Shown in pieces: positions 9,901 to 18,648 of a stretch of 20,000 nucleotides of DNA (its first letter is position 1; the number at the start of each line of letters is the position of its first letter). The DNA lies in NCBI GenBank assembly GCA_001687465.1, contig LVLI01000201.1, positions 123,667 to 143,666 on the forward strand, written 5' to 3'. The DNA comes from Halocafeteria seosinensis (Eukaryota). The translations under genes were made by a program, and so were the position numbers. The notes beneath the pieces are model-generated. The model saw only the letters and a list, made by a program, of their open reading frames with translations, was not told where the DNA came from and did no database searches.

Positions 9901-11803
9901 GCGGAACGGAAAACGACGTGCGTCTATTCGCCGTAAATCGATATCGAAAGGGAAGAGTGCGCCCACAAAGAAGAACGGGTCGACAAAGAACGGAGGCACT
10001 GACAGTGATGATCCTAGCGTTCGTGCTGCTCAGAGAGCTTTGAGCATCTACAATCAGTCGACCAAACCGATGATGGAGCTGTTCCGATCGAAAGGCGCAG
10101 TATTGGAACTTGATGCCCGGAAAAGCAAGGAGGCTCTCTGCCGAGAGGCTGGGGCTGCGTTTCAGCCAAAAATCATCTCTGTTCTTGGTGGTCCTGCTTG
10201 TGGAAAGAGTACGCAAAGTGCGCGTATTGCGTCCTCGTATGGATATTCGCATTTGTCAGTGGGCGATCTTCTGCGGGCCGAAATCGCTTGTGACACATAC
10301 CAAGGGAAATACATCAAGTCCTTCGTGGAAAAGGGGCAGCTCGTTCCAACGAAAACAGTTTTGGATGTGCTAATGCGCGCTCTTCATAACAGCCATTTTC
10401 GTACGTTTGTGATCGACGGCTTCCCAAGGGCGATGGATCAAGTAGACGAGTTCGAGTCTCGGGTAGGTGTTCCTAGCGTTGTGCTGTACCTCGATTGCTC
10501 AGACGATGAGATGCGGGAAAGGTACAATCAGAAAAATCCAGACATGGAAAACTTTTCACGTGAAATGGAGGGCTTCCAACAAGGAACTGTGGCAGTAATC
10601 GACCATTATGCTCGCACAGGCAGAGTTGTCAACATCGACGGCACGCCCGATGAAGATACCGTGTTCAAAGCTCTAAAGCCTTATGCGTCGCCAAATATTG
10701 TGTTCGTACTGGGTGGTCCAGGCAGTGGAAAGGGTACACAGTGTGCAAAACTTGCTGAAGAGATGGGATATTTGCATTTATCGGTTGGCGACATCATGCA
10801 CTCTGAGATCGCTCTTGGCACTACCGTGGCCAGGGAGATTAAGGAGATTGTGGAGAGTGGCGACCTTGCTCCTGCAGAAGCTACTGTTCAGTTGGTGCAA
10901 CGAGCTATTACCGGGTCCCGAAGCGACAGGGTCTTGGTCGATGGGTTCCCTCGAGACATGCATGAACTAGAAGCCTTTGAAAGAGTTGCGTCTGAGCCGC
11001 GTGCAGTTCTGCACCTGACTTGCTCTGATGATGTGATGAAGAACAGGGTTCTTTCGAAAGCGAAGCAGTTAAAACGTGCCGATGATACCGAAGAAGCTAT
11101 TGACAAAAGAATACAGAAATACCATGAAGAAACAATTCCTGTTGTCGATAGCCTCAACTCCAGAGGACTTTTGAAAGAGGTTTCTGCGGAGACGGTTCCG
11201 GAGGAAGTATACAGAGGAGTCCGCAAAGCATTCCAACCAGAACTTATCGTCTTGTTAGGCGCCTCTGGATCTGGGCGTGGTACATTTTCATCTATTGCAG
11301 GGAAGAAACTTGGCTATCACCGTCTGCGGGTTACGTATTTGTTGAAGGAAGAAGCTGAGCTGGGCAGTGATTCGCCTTACAGTGAGGATATTAAACTGTC
11401 GTTCGAAACGAACCGAACTGCTCCTCTGGAAGCTACAATATATGTGATTAACAAAGCGATCCAGCGATGCCACGCGCAGCGCTTTATCTTAGACGGATTC
11501 CCACGTGTAGTATCGGAGGGGTTCCCTTCTGCGCAAGACATGGTTTTCGCACTGGAATCCGAAGTAGGCAGAATAAGGGGAGCGGTAGTCCTTGACTTGC
11601 CCTTTGAAGAGAGGAAAACGCGTCTAAGTGGCGAACAGATCACACGAGGTGTGGAAAAACAATTAAAAGACTCAGTCGACACATTCAACCGCGAAAAGCT
11701 ACCAGTAACGAACTTCTTTGCAAAACTTGGAAAGTTATGCAATATCGATGCTTCCTCTACACCGGAAGATGTCTACGAGCAAGCCAAACCATTTATCGAA
11801 TAG
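6992..11803 (+). CDS. 1603-aa multidomain nucleotide kinase: NDK - degenerate NDK - NDK - Dpy-30 - 5x adenylate/UMP-CMP kinase domains (probably axonemal)
   Basis: Single ORF. NDK motifs TLAMIKPDA...NAVHGSDS (~7123-7640) and HTLALIKPG...NATHGSDS (~8114-8470) flank a His-less NDK-like repeat. Dpy-30-like VVTRGLVELAKSKP...AIRWLGRWFLDHNP at ~8610-8720. Five P-loops: GAPGAGKGT (~8970), GGPCTGKS (~9520), GGPACGKST (~10187), GGPGSGKGT (~10712) and GASGSGRGT (~11258), each followed by DGFPR or DNYPR. Confidence 0.95.
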   Translation: MSGEGEEEGGGGPKTYKGPDVPYGGSIWFPQLTSGDQEATNTQWTLAMIKPDACGRPWQDNFMVPNEPEEGEEEEGGEEEEEGQGAQKEPFIEKPETRAPDKSREIVKRIETEGFKVVRQNFVSLSLDEAKRFYRQHEGKPFYQRLVNFMSSGQTWVMVLEKENAIEDFRTLMGPTDPEKAKEQDQEAHPLNDEHWSLRSLFGTDNTQNAVHGSDSAFSAAREIHYFFPESSRFQRTALLLSPSLTQEKESVGAIEEELQGEGYWIVAKKSVEFTQHSLGKLLDTKSTLQSEATLQCFTGGESTVFIVEKSDAIPDLFLKVGPSSVAEAKVGAPESLRSRYAESDDDVRLFAAARDETVEFIINSVFKGKLPVEHTLALIKPGTSDTYYRNIIREIKDAKFSILSEKRLKLTLEEAEEFYKEHQHRYFYPRLTSYMSSGDTVALLLSKPAAIQCWREMSGPTDPELARREAPRSMRARFGLDGTRNATHGSDSPATAYREIQFFFPEYGLFPVPEDQKAKEFIRNTSVGSRFVLGKGLVPDTLHTVVTRGLVELAKSKPSGIGAIRWLGRWFLDHNPKKGCSTGQMEDFDTAQETPVVEETAHEEEFAKAAPMESAGVEEVGETKEEEKQESVAEEKEVSVEPIVWRNHMTSKPVIVFVLGAPGAGKGTQCEKICEAFNYVHLSTGDLLREEINSGSELGQEIEATTKAGQLVSTNVVLALLRKAMLSSNCPRFLIDGFPRSDEQVSQFERMAGSPSFVLEFTASEEEIKERIQKRGEESGRADDNIESLEKRLQTFRDVSKNVIDIYRKLCLVRTVDSTNKDVEQVFRSAAQYFRPYLVSTLGGPCTGKSHVSVSLARELGYEYLDVEELVHRSPGPDESTDSVRSLVSTALSKGDIVPDEHVCQLIQGEIYEKNPLGRFLLDNYPRTNSQREALASQLQDPDFILHLRRLPEKVMLRRKVNKEKNNLKRNGKRRASIRRKSISKGKSAPTKKNGSTKNGGTDSDDPSVRAAQRALSIYNQSTKPMMELFRSKGAVLELDARKSKEALCREAGAAFQPKIISVLGGPACGKSTQSARIASSYGYSHLSVGDLLRAEIACDTYQGKYIKSFVEKGQLVPTKTVLDVLMRALHNSHFRTFVIDGFPRAMDQVDEFESRVGVPSVVLYLDCSDDEMRERYNQKNPDMENFSREMEGFQQGTVAVIDHYARTGRVVNIDGTPDEDTVFKALKPYASPNIVFVLGGPGSGKGTQCAKLAEEMGYLHLSVGDIMHSEIALGTTVAREIKEIVESGDLAPAEATVQLVQRAITGSRSDRVLVDGFPRDMHELEAFERVASEPRAVLHLTCSDDVMKNRVLSKAKQLKRADDTEEAIDKRIQKYHEETIPVVDSLNSRGLLKEVSAETVPEEVYRGVRKAFQPELIVLLGASGSGRGTFSSIAGKKLGYHRLRVTYLLKEEAELGSDSPYSEDIKLSFETNRTAPLEATIYVINKAIQRCHAQRFILDGFPRVVSEGFPSAQDMVFALESEVGRIRGAVVLDLPFEERKTRLSGEQITRGVEKQLKDSVDTFNREKLPVTNFFAKLGKLCNIDASSTPEDVYEQAKPFIE

Positions 11804-11838
11804 TTGCAAGTGCATTTTTTCGACTAAAAATAAACACG

Positions 11839-14057
11839 CTACTTCGCCTTTAGACGATCATCTAAGTTCCTCTCCAAAGCAGCTAGCGCGTTCGTCCAGT
11901 TCTTGAGGTTACCGTACAGTCCTGCCTCATCGCTCGATCGGCCTTTATCGACCCGGAGGACGCCGGCCTTTTGATCGAGACGCGCAGATAGTTTCCCATC
12001 CAGGATCAGCTTAACAAGGAGTTTTTCAACTTCGGAAGTGGTCACCTGTCACAAATAGATCACCAGTAAAGCGGTAGGTTTCCAGTCAGAGCCGGGATGC
12101 CGAACACATACCTTCAGCCGTTTTGCAAGAAACGACAAATTAACGGATACGTAAGGGGTAATGATTTTCCGAAGGACTTGAGAACGGAAATTATAGAGAA
12201 GGGGAGTGAAGTATCTGCGAGGCGGAGACACCTTATAAACGGTAACAAGACTGGATGTTTCGAAGAGCGCATACCGCTGGATGAAATTGTCACTCAGGAT
12301 CCTAGCCTTAGGGTCATTTAGAATGCTCTCGAATCTCTCAACGTCTTGCGTTTCGTAGGCCTTCCTTAGGTTTACCATGGCAACTATTTCAGGATGAGAC
12401 TCGAACCTGTGTTTCGTCAGGAAAATCAACAGTGGGTCGCATAAGAACTGTACTGGAAAGATGTCATGGGATACATACTGTTTTGCCTCCTGGGAATCAA
12501 AAGGATCAATGTTCGATCCTGCTACCATGTTAGCGAGGACCTTATACCTGCAGTAGTATCCAGAATTTCATTCAGGATGGAAAACGGCGGAAACATAATT
12601 TGTGAGTAGAGACATACTTCAAGCACATTACAGCCTTATGCTGCTCGCCAGCATCCATGTAGAAACGCATTGCATCGAAAAATTGTTCGTCCGCTTGTGT
12701 CCAGTTGCTTGCCGCCATGTGCATTCTCCCAAAGACCTCATATATACCCCTGCATACGCTCGTAGTATGATATACAGGAAACAAACGTCACCACTGCATA
12801 ACATAAAACTCACCCAAGGGTGCGCGAGTCTGGTATCGCGCTCTTCAATCCCATCACTTTTTCGTAATACTTCTCCAAGTCCCCATGCTCATTCGATGCC
12901 GTTGCAATGTGGATACGTAGTGCGTACACTTCTACTAGCTTTGTACTCTTTGCCGGGTCATCTTCTCCAGTTTCTGTTTTGAGTGAGTTATGGAGTTCTT
13001 TTGCAATCTCTTGAGCGTTTTCGTATTCTTCGGAATTCAAGTATGTCTTCGCAAGCCGAAGTTGGGTGGCAAACCATAGGCTCTCATTGCCACTTGATTT
13101 TAACGATTCAATTGTTTTCCTATACATCTGTTTTTCAAGATGTGACGTAGGACACGATAAAACGCTGACACTGCGTTCTTGTCAGTACTTTACGTACTTC
13201 AGCAGACGTCTCAAAATCCCCGCTATCTTCCACCACTTTTAGCACCCGGTTGACTGCCTCTTCGGCTTGGTTGCTAGTGACTTTGGTGGTGTGTAAGTAT
13301 GAGAGTAATTCTGTACAAACATGCCACATCATTGTTATACGTATGTATAACACACGTATGTATAACACAGTAAGGCTAAACAAAAAAGGTGGTACGTACG
13401 GTCGAAATTGCTTCGCATATTTTGCTTATTTCCCAATGCACATTGTAGTATAATTGCATCTGTTAAAGCCGGAAACGATCTGTATAGTCACAAACAATGA
13501 AAACGCTCTTCGAACTTGCGTATATGCATTTCCACCACAAAAATGGCAATGGTACGAACCTCTCCGTCTTGACTTCCTTGCCCTTTTCTGCTAAAGTCTT
13601 TTCTAAATTAATTACTTCTTGGAATTTTTCCAGAGCCTCTTTTTTATTTCCACTGTCTCTCGCTTCTGCATTTCGCCACCAAATCCGAGGGAACTTTGAT
13701 TGCTACAAAGTGCACCACATGCGCTATTCTATGAAGTTGGCGAATCCACCAAAACGTGGTCTGAATAACGAGATATTGCGTGCTGAGGACACGTACCTTC
13801 GGCTTCGTAAAAAGTGTTTTCGACAGTGATTAGGTCGTCATCTTCTTCCTCCATTCCCAGTCCTCCAGAGTCGTCCGACCCATACCTGCGGCATAGCATT
13901 CGATAGAAAATTGAATGAACTTTCTAATTATGCGAATGAACGTCTAGTGTAAGCCAGAGAAAGCAATGAAATTCGGTGCAACCATGAAGTTTTCTGCCAC
14001 ATACTCGATGAGGTCGTCATCATCTTCATACTCGTACTCCTCTCCAGATTCCGACAT
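11839..14057 (-). CDS. CSN2: COP9 signalosome subunit 2-like PCI protein, 465 aa, 11 exons: 14057-14005, 13885-13797, 13665-13560, 13479-13400, 13310-13198, 13127-12814, 12749-12618, 12547-12479, 12406-12275, 12214-12112, 12045-11839
   Basis: All ten introns are GT..AG, 60-131 nt, with consistent phases. The spliced protein has an acidic N-terminus and the motifs ENTFYEA, ALEKFQEVINLE, NESLWFATQLRL, DDPAKSTKLVEVYALRI, CLKYKVLANM, IDPFDSQEAK and VEKLLVKLILDGKLSARLDQ. These match CSN2 motifs (ENQYYNS, NDRLWFKT, DDLKKGTQLLEIYALEI, CLKYLVLANM, INPFDSQEAK). Confidence 0.92.
13339..13368. repeat. Perfect 15-bp tandem duplication (ACGTATGTATAACAC x2) in CSN2 intron 4
   Basis: Read directly at 13339-13353 and 13354-13368. 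It overlaps an 8-bp inverted repeat, TGTTATAC-gtat-GTATAACA (13333-13352). Confidence 0.85.
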
Positions 14058-14695
14058 TTTCTCTTGACGAGTGTTTTTGCTGGGCGTTTCACTAGCAACT
14101 CATACACACAGACACAATCGTGGACAGACAGACTTCCTCGAGTAAGTACCTTGAAGTCGTGGCACCCCAACTTCACAACAGACCCCCAGCCGACGTCGTC
14201 CCGACGAGTCGACGACCCCGTATCCTAAGAAGAAGACTCTTAAAAGATCTTGAGCATTTCTCTGACGACTACCTAAGGACTTGTCCCTTGCAGCGATACT
14301 ACTGGACGACGCTTAAAATACCGCTATGTAGCAGGGTTGTGGTGTCTCATACGGCATCCGAGAACGTGTATAAACATACAAGCACTGGTCTCGTGGTTTC
14401 ACTAAACCGTTTCAGTGTCAGAGCAAAAAGCCTTTAGATACGCGAGGTATCAATCAACACTCTTGGGTTATCATGTAACGACAGCAGTTCGACCATCATC
14501 TGTTTTCGACAACGGTTCCGTATCATGTATATTCTGAATAAGAAATGTTGGGTACACACTTGGTGGCGGTCAACAATTGTTCGATTTGTTTCTTCCACCG
14601 AAATTACAGGAATTAACCATCCGCAACACCCAAATGTGTAGCTCCCTGTTCGAGTAGTATTGACACCTAAAATTTACTTCCGTCCTCGACCTATC

Positions 14696-16739
14696 TCAAC
14701 TCATCACCGCCGTTCTAGACCGCGAGCAACCAGGACCCTCTTGGTATCTCGTACGTGGGGATCCATATCGCACTTGAGGACTTGAGTATCTTCCCCGTGA
14801 CTTTGACGATTTTTCATCTAACCACCCGTGATTCCGGGCCATTCTTGAGGCAGCAGTCGCAGCATTCCTTGCGTATATCGCAGAGCGTGGTGGCTCGCCC
14901 CCATTATCAGTTGTGTGATTTCGTGGTGGGCTGTGACTCCACGACCGCTCTTTCTGCTTATGTTCAAATCGCGATCTATCAGATTTCCCTGAAGACTCGC
15001 TCCTCGACCGGCTCTGTGTTTTGGAACGACTGGGGCTCCTTTTCTTGCTTCTCTCTCTTGAGCTCCGGACAGACTCTCGGGGACTTGCGGACGGGCGATG
15101 GTTTGAAAACTTGCTATAACTTGGGCCGGAGTTATCCCTCCTGCCATTCCCGCGATTCGATGCAATAAGAGATTCGGGAACTGGGGGAGTCTTATAGTCG
15201 CGCACTTTGGTGAAAAACTTATGATTCAACGCTTCTGCTGCAGTAATCCTCTTCTTCGGGTCAAATTCAAGCATTCTCCGAATCAGGTCCAAGAACACTT
15301 CATCCCTTGGAGAGATGATCTCCTCTAGGCGTCGCTGCTTCTGTACAAATTTGACCGAGGACTGGCGGGTGCTAGACGTAGGGAAACGGACATTGCCTCG
15401 GGAGTCAAAGTATTTTCGAGATGCTTTTGTATCAGCTAACGCTAGACTTTTGGGAAACGGACCCAGTACCTTCTCCATGAGCGCCAAATGTTCTAAGCTA
15501 TCACGCTGCATGACATGGAGCGCGCGTAAAGGGATAACGTGAATGATTCTTTGCCGCAGGCAAAGGTGAAGCGACTTACCGTTTGGAACAATAGGTTGCC
15601 GGTATACATTTCCATCAGGATGCACCCAAGTGACCAAATATCGGACGGCGTACTCCAGCCAACGCCCAATGTAACTTCAGGAGCGCGGTATTGGCGTGTG
15701 TTGATAAGCGATGTCTTTTCCTTTTCCTTGACATACGTCGCGCCACCAAAGTCAATTACTGCAGGGACAACACATATTGAACATACCTGCCAGACCAATG
15801 CTAATCTAGGGACTTACGCTTTGCCGCCGTAGAGGCTGGTGCCAGCACTGATGCCTTGTTCTCGTCACAGGTTGCGCGTCTTGTCCTTCGTAGGGGCTCT
15901 CGAGAGACCAGGAGAATATTCTCCGGCTTCAGATCGGTGTGTATCAGTTTCATCGCGTGAAGGAACGCGACTGCAGTTGTTGTCTGGTCGGCAAAAGCTT
16001 GCACACAGTAGAGCGGTAGCGGGTGGAAATCATTTTTCTTAATATACTCATAGACACTTAATCCCAGGGCTTCAAAGACCATGCATAAGTGTCCTCTCCA
16101 CTCAAACTCGCCATAAAATCGAATGCACAGAGACCTGCCATCCGGGTCCTTCGCATTCACATCGCGTAAAATATCAGCCTCTACTTTGGCCGAATCAATA
16201 TATTTCTGGATTTTGCGTATCACTTTAATGGCAACGTGCGTATCACTCTCTAAATCATAGCAATGGAGCACACGTCCGAATGTCCCAACGCCTGATTCAG
16301 AGACCACCTTGTATCGATTCCGTATTATATCCCCCGCTTTGCCTTTGTAATGCCCTTCACTATCGTCACCTCCACCTCCTCCGGAAGAAGAGGAACCATC
16401 TTGATCACCCTTTTTATGCTTATGAGAGGATGAAGAGGAAGCCTCACTTCCATGACGCCTTCGACGCTTTTTCGTTCGTCGTTTGGACGATTTTGACGAC
16501 GATCGAGAGGACCTTTCGCCCCCATAATTGTTCTTCCCCTTTCGAGAAGGACTCTTGCGTTTGCGCTCTTCTTGATAATGCTGATGGCGATGATATACAG
16601 GAGCGCCACGATTTCCCCCTCCAGCGACATGATGAGGGGGGTAAACGCCCCTCGTGTATTGTCCATTCCCCACCATTTTAGGCCGGTATCGACTTCCACG
16701 GGTGGACGAGGAGTAATAGGTGCTTCCCCCGTCACTCAT
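14696..16739 (-). CDS. CLK: LAMMER/CLK-family dual-specificity kinase, 636 aa; exons 16739-15818, 15758-15580, 15505-14696
   Basis: Motifs [42 protein letters not shown] (after splicing intron 15759..15817), [17 protein letters not shown] and [11 protein letters not shown] (LAMMER signature, after intron 15506..15579). Both introns are GTAAGT...GCAG. Confidence 0.95.
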
Positions 16740-17120
16740 TATACCTTCTCTCCGTTTATGTAGCGCGCATACACACTTTAGATGTCCCCCAGCATCAGAG
16801 CCAAAGTGGCAGACTTCAACTTGGCGTCGCTCTTGCTCTATTGAGATACAAGCACTGCCAGTTCACAGGTGGAAGGCATGACTATCTATCTTATCTATCC
16901 TACGAGCTCTTGGTAATATTTTGTGGAGACAATGCCCTGGCCAGCACCACAGCAGAGCGAGAGACACACGTCAATCATTTGTGAGACTTTGCAGCGAAAC
17001 ATTCTGAATTTCTGGAAGAAAGTGTCTCAGTTCCATATACGAGAGACGTGTGACGAAGCGTCTTTTATCTTCTTTTTGCACTGTTTGCATGCAAGACAAA
17101 TAAATGAGTAACAGAAGATT

Positions 17121-17130
17121 AAAAAAAAAA
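17121..17130 (-). terminator. RNA polymerase III oligo-T terminator (T10) of the 5S gene
   Basis: A10 on the + strand, immediately downstream of the 5S 3' end. Confidence 0.85.
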
Positions 17131-17133
17131 GAG

Positions 17134-17255
17134 AAGTCAGCAGCACCTGGGCTTCCCGAGTGGTCCCCCACCTCAGTACTGACCAGGCCTAACGCAGCTT
17201 AACTAACGGAGTTCTGATGGGAGTCCGGTGTACTCTACGTAGTATGGCCGCTGAC
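17134..17255 (-). rRNA. 5S rRNA: 5S ribosomal RNA gene (single copy in window)
   Basis: The reverse complement reads GTCAGCGGCCATACTACG...CACCGGACTCCCATCAGAACTCCGTTAGTTAAGC...GGTCAGTACTGAGGTGGGGGACCACTCGGGAAGCCCAGGTGCTGCTGACTT (~121 nt). Helix I pairs GUCAGCGGC/GCUGCUGAC. It has box-A-like AGTTAAGC and box-C-like GTGGGGGACC and is followed by T10. Confidence 0.96.
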
Positions 17256-17280
17256 AATTGAGAGGGTCGACAATCATGTA

Positions 17281-17286
17281 TTTATA
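17281..17286 (-). promoter_or_regulatory. TATA box (TATAAA) at -31..-26 of the 5S gene
   Basis: tttata on the + strand equals TATAAA on the - strand, at the typical upstream position for Pol III 5S genes. Confidence 0.65.
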
Positions 17287-18237
17287 GAGAAGCTAGTCAT
17301 TAGACTTCAGTCAGTATTGAAGACACCAACAATGTCTCACACAACGCACTCACCCCTCAGGCTCATCAGTGTGATTTCTTCTGGTTGCTAACACGCTCTA
17401 CAGTGTATTATTTGCAGTCTGGTATTTATTTGCCAAGCGCCCAACTCCACAAACTCGCACCTGCTATGACTTCGGACAATGAAGGGGCATTACTGTGATG
17501 TGCCCAATTTTATGTACACTGTACTGTAATCGGTATGTGACTCGGGCCTAAGTGTCGCTGTGCTGCATGCACGCCCAGCAGATGTCTGAGATGAGGCAAT
17601 CCATAGCGCGGAGGCACATCATATCACATACCATCCCTGCTCTGAAAGGTCTTCATACATGTACTATCCACTGACTATGCATAGGCTCCATACCATAACG
17701 GTATAAGTACAACATCATAGAAATGGCTCATGGAAGTACAACGTCCGTAGCATGTTTATGACGAGCAATCCTGTACGTCTGGGAAAGCAGGTTGTCGGGA
17801 TTCATCTGAACATGGGCTGCGAGATCGCGAGCTTGCCCGACGATGAGTTGAAGATGCAGTACGGGTACGCGGGAAAGAGCCGGTGAAGTTGCGATGCCGG
17901 TGCGCAACACTTTTTGTTCCATTACACAACAGCCGCACAAGTTCCGAGCCAGAAATCTCAAATATCGGAATAACGGAGACAATTGGGGATGATCATTGAT
18001 CACATCGTTGCGACCTGGTGGCACTACAAACTTTCCAAAGGTGTGTTGGTTCGACAATGTAGGACTTCAATTTGCTGCCGACTCGGCACGGGCGACTCGG
18101 CTCGCACGGATGTTCGTATCATTGCATGATTGGTCTGTTTCTCTTAGTGGAAGTTCTTACTCAGCAAGAGCACTGACTGAATCGTGGAGCCGTTTTGACG
18201 GAGGAACGTGAGATCAAGCGAGCGATACAGATCGATC

Positions 18238-18648
18238 ATGGTGTCGCAAACGCGTCCTGGGCAAAGGAACTACCCAAAGGGGCCTTCCAGGGGGGAACAG
18301 CACATCGTCTTTCTCGGTTCGATAATGGCAATGTGCTTCTCCATTGGGAGTGCTACGCAGTGTCGTGTCGAATACAAAAATGTCACAGCATATGCGGGTG
18401 AGACATGCTATCTTGATACAAAAACTGTCTCTGCATTGAATGCTGTTAACGTACAAGAAGGGGGACGCCTGATTTTCACCGGACCGGTTGGCGAATCCAC
18501 GTCATTCTCGCTCTCTGAGGCTGCAGTCTCTGGTGTGATTGAGACACAAGGTATGCCAATTTGCTGTACTGGTTAATAGAAATGCTGTGCCTTTTATGTT
18601 TCTTTACCTGCAAGACGCTTCTGTTGCGCAGGTTTATCCAGTGTGTCC
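18238..18648 (+). CDS. N-terminal fragment of a putative secreted/surface beta-rich protein; exon 18238..18550, intron 18551..18631, then apparently interrupted at ~18645
   Basis: Hydrophobic signal-like stretch IVFLGSIMAMCFSIGSA, then CRVEYKNVTAYAGETCYLD...VNVQEGGRLIFTG...VSGVIETQ. Canonical 81-nt intron (GTATGC...GCGCAG). The next exon runs straight into the antisense of the minus-strand exon. Confidence 0.55.

Noticed and set aside
6925..11742. Many antisense and alternate-frame ORFs overlapping the 1603-aa gene
   Set aside because: Shadow ORFs of a long coding sequence with no independent motifs.
12370..12384. X-box-like palindrome TTTACCATGGCAAC near a ciliary-type gene
   Set aside because: It lies inside a CSN2 coding exon (VAMVN), downstream of the NDK-AK gene, and is explained by codons.
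12049..12528. 159-aa ORF as a standalone gene
   Set aside because: It is CSN2 exons 8-10 read through two stop-free in-frame introns (72 and 60 nt).
14185..14220. Clustered CGAC/GTCG repeats upstream of CSN2
   Set aside because: Short and irregular. It may be a promoter feature but cannot be supported, and it is not a CRISPR-like array.
16882..16900. (CTAT)-like microsatellite and possible 5' UTR intron of the kinase
   Set aside because: Too short, and the splice signals are weak.
17728..18057. 109-aa minus-strand ORF
   Set aside because: Non-ATG start, no recognisable domain and no convincing splice structure.
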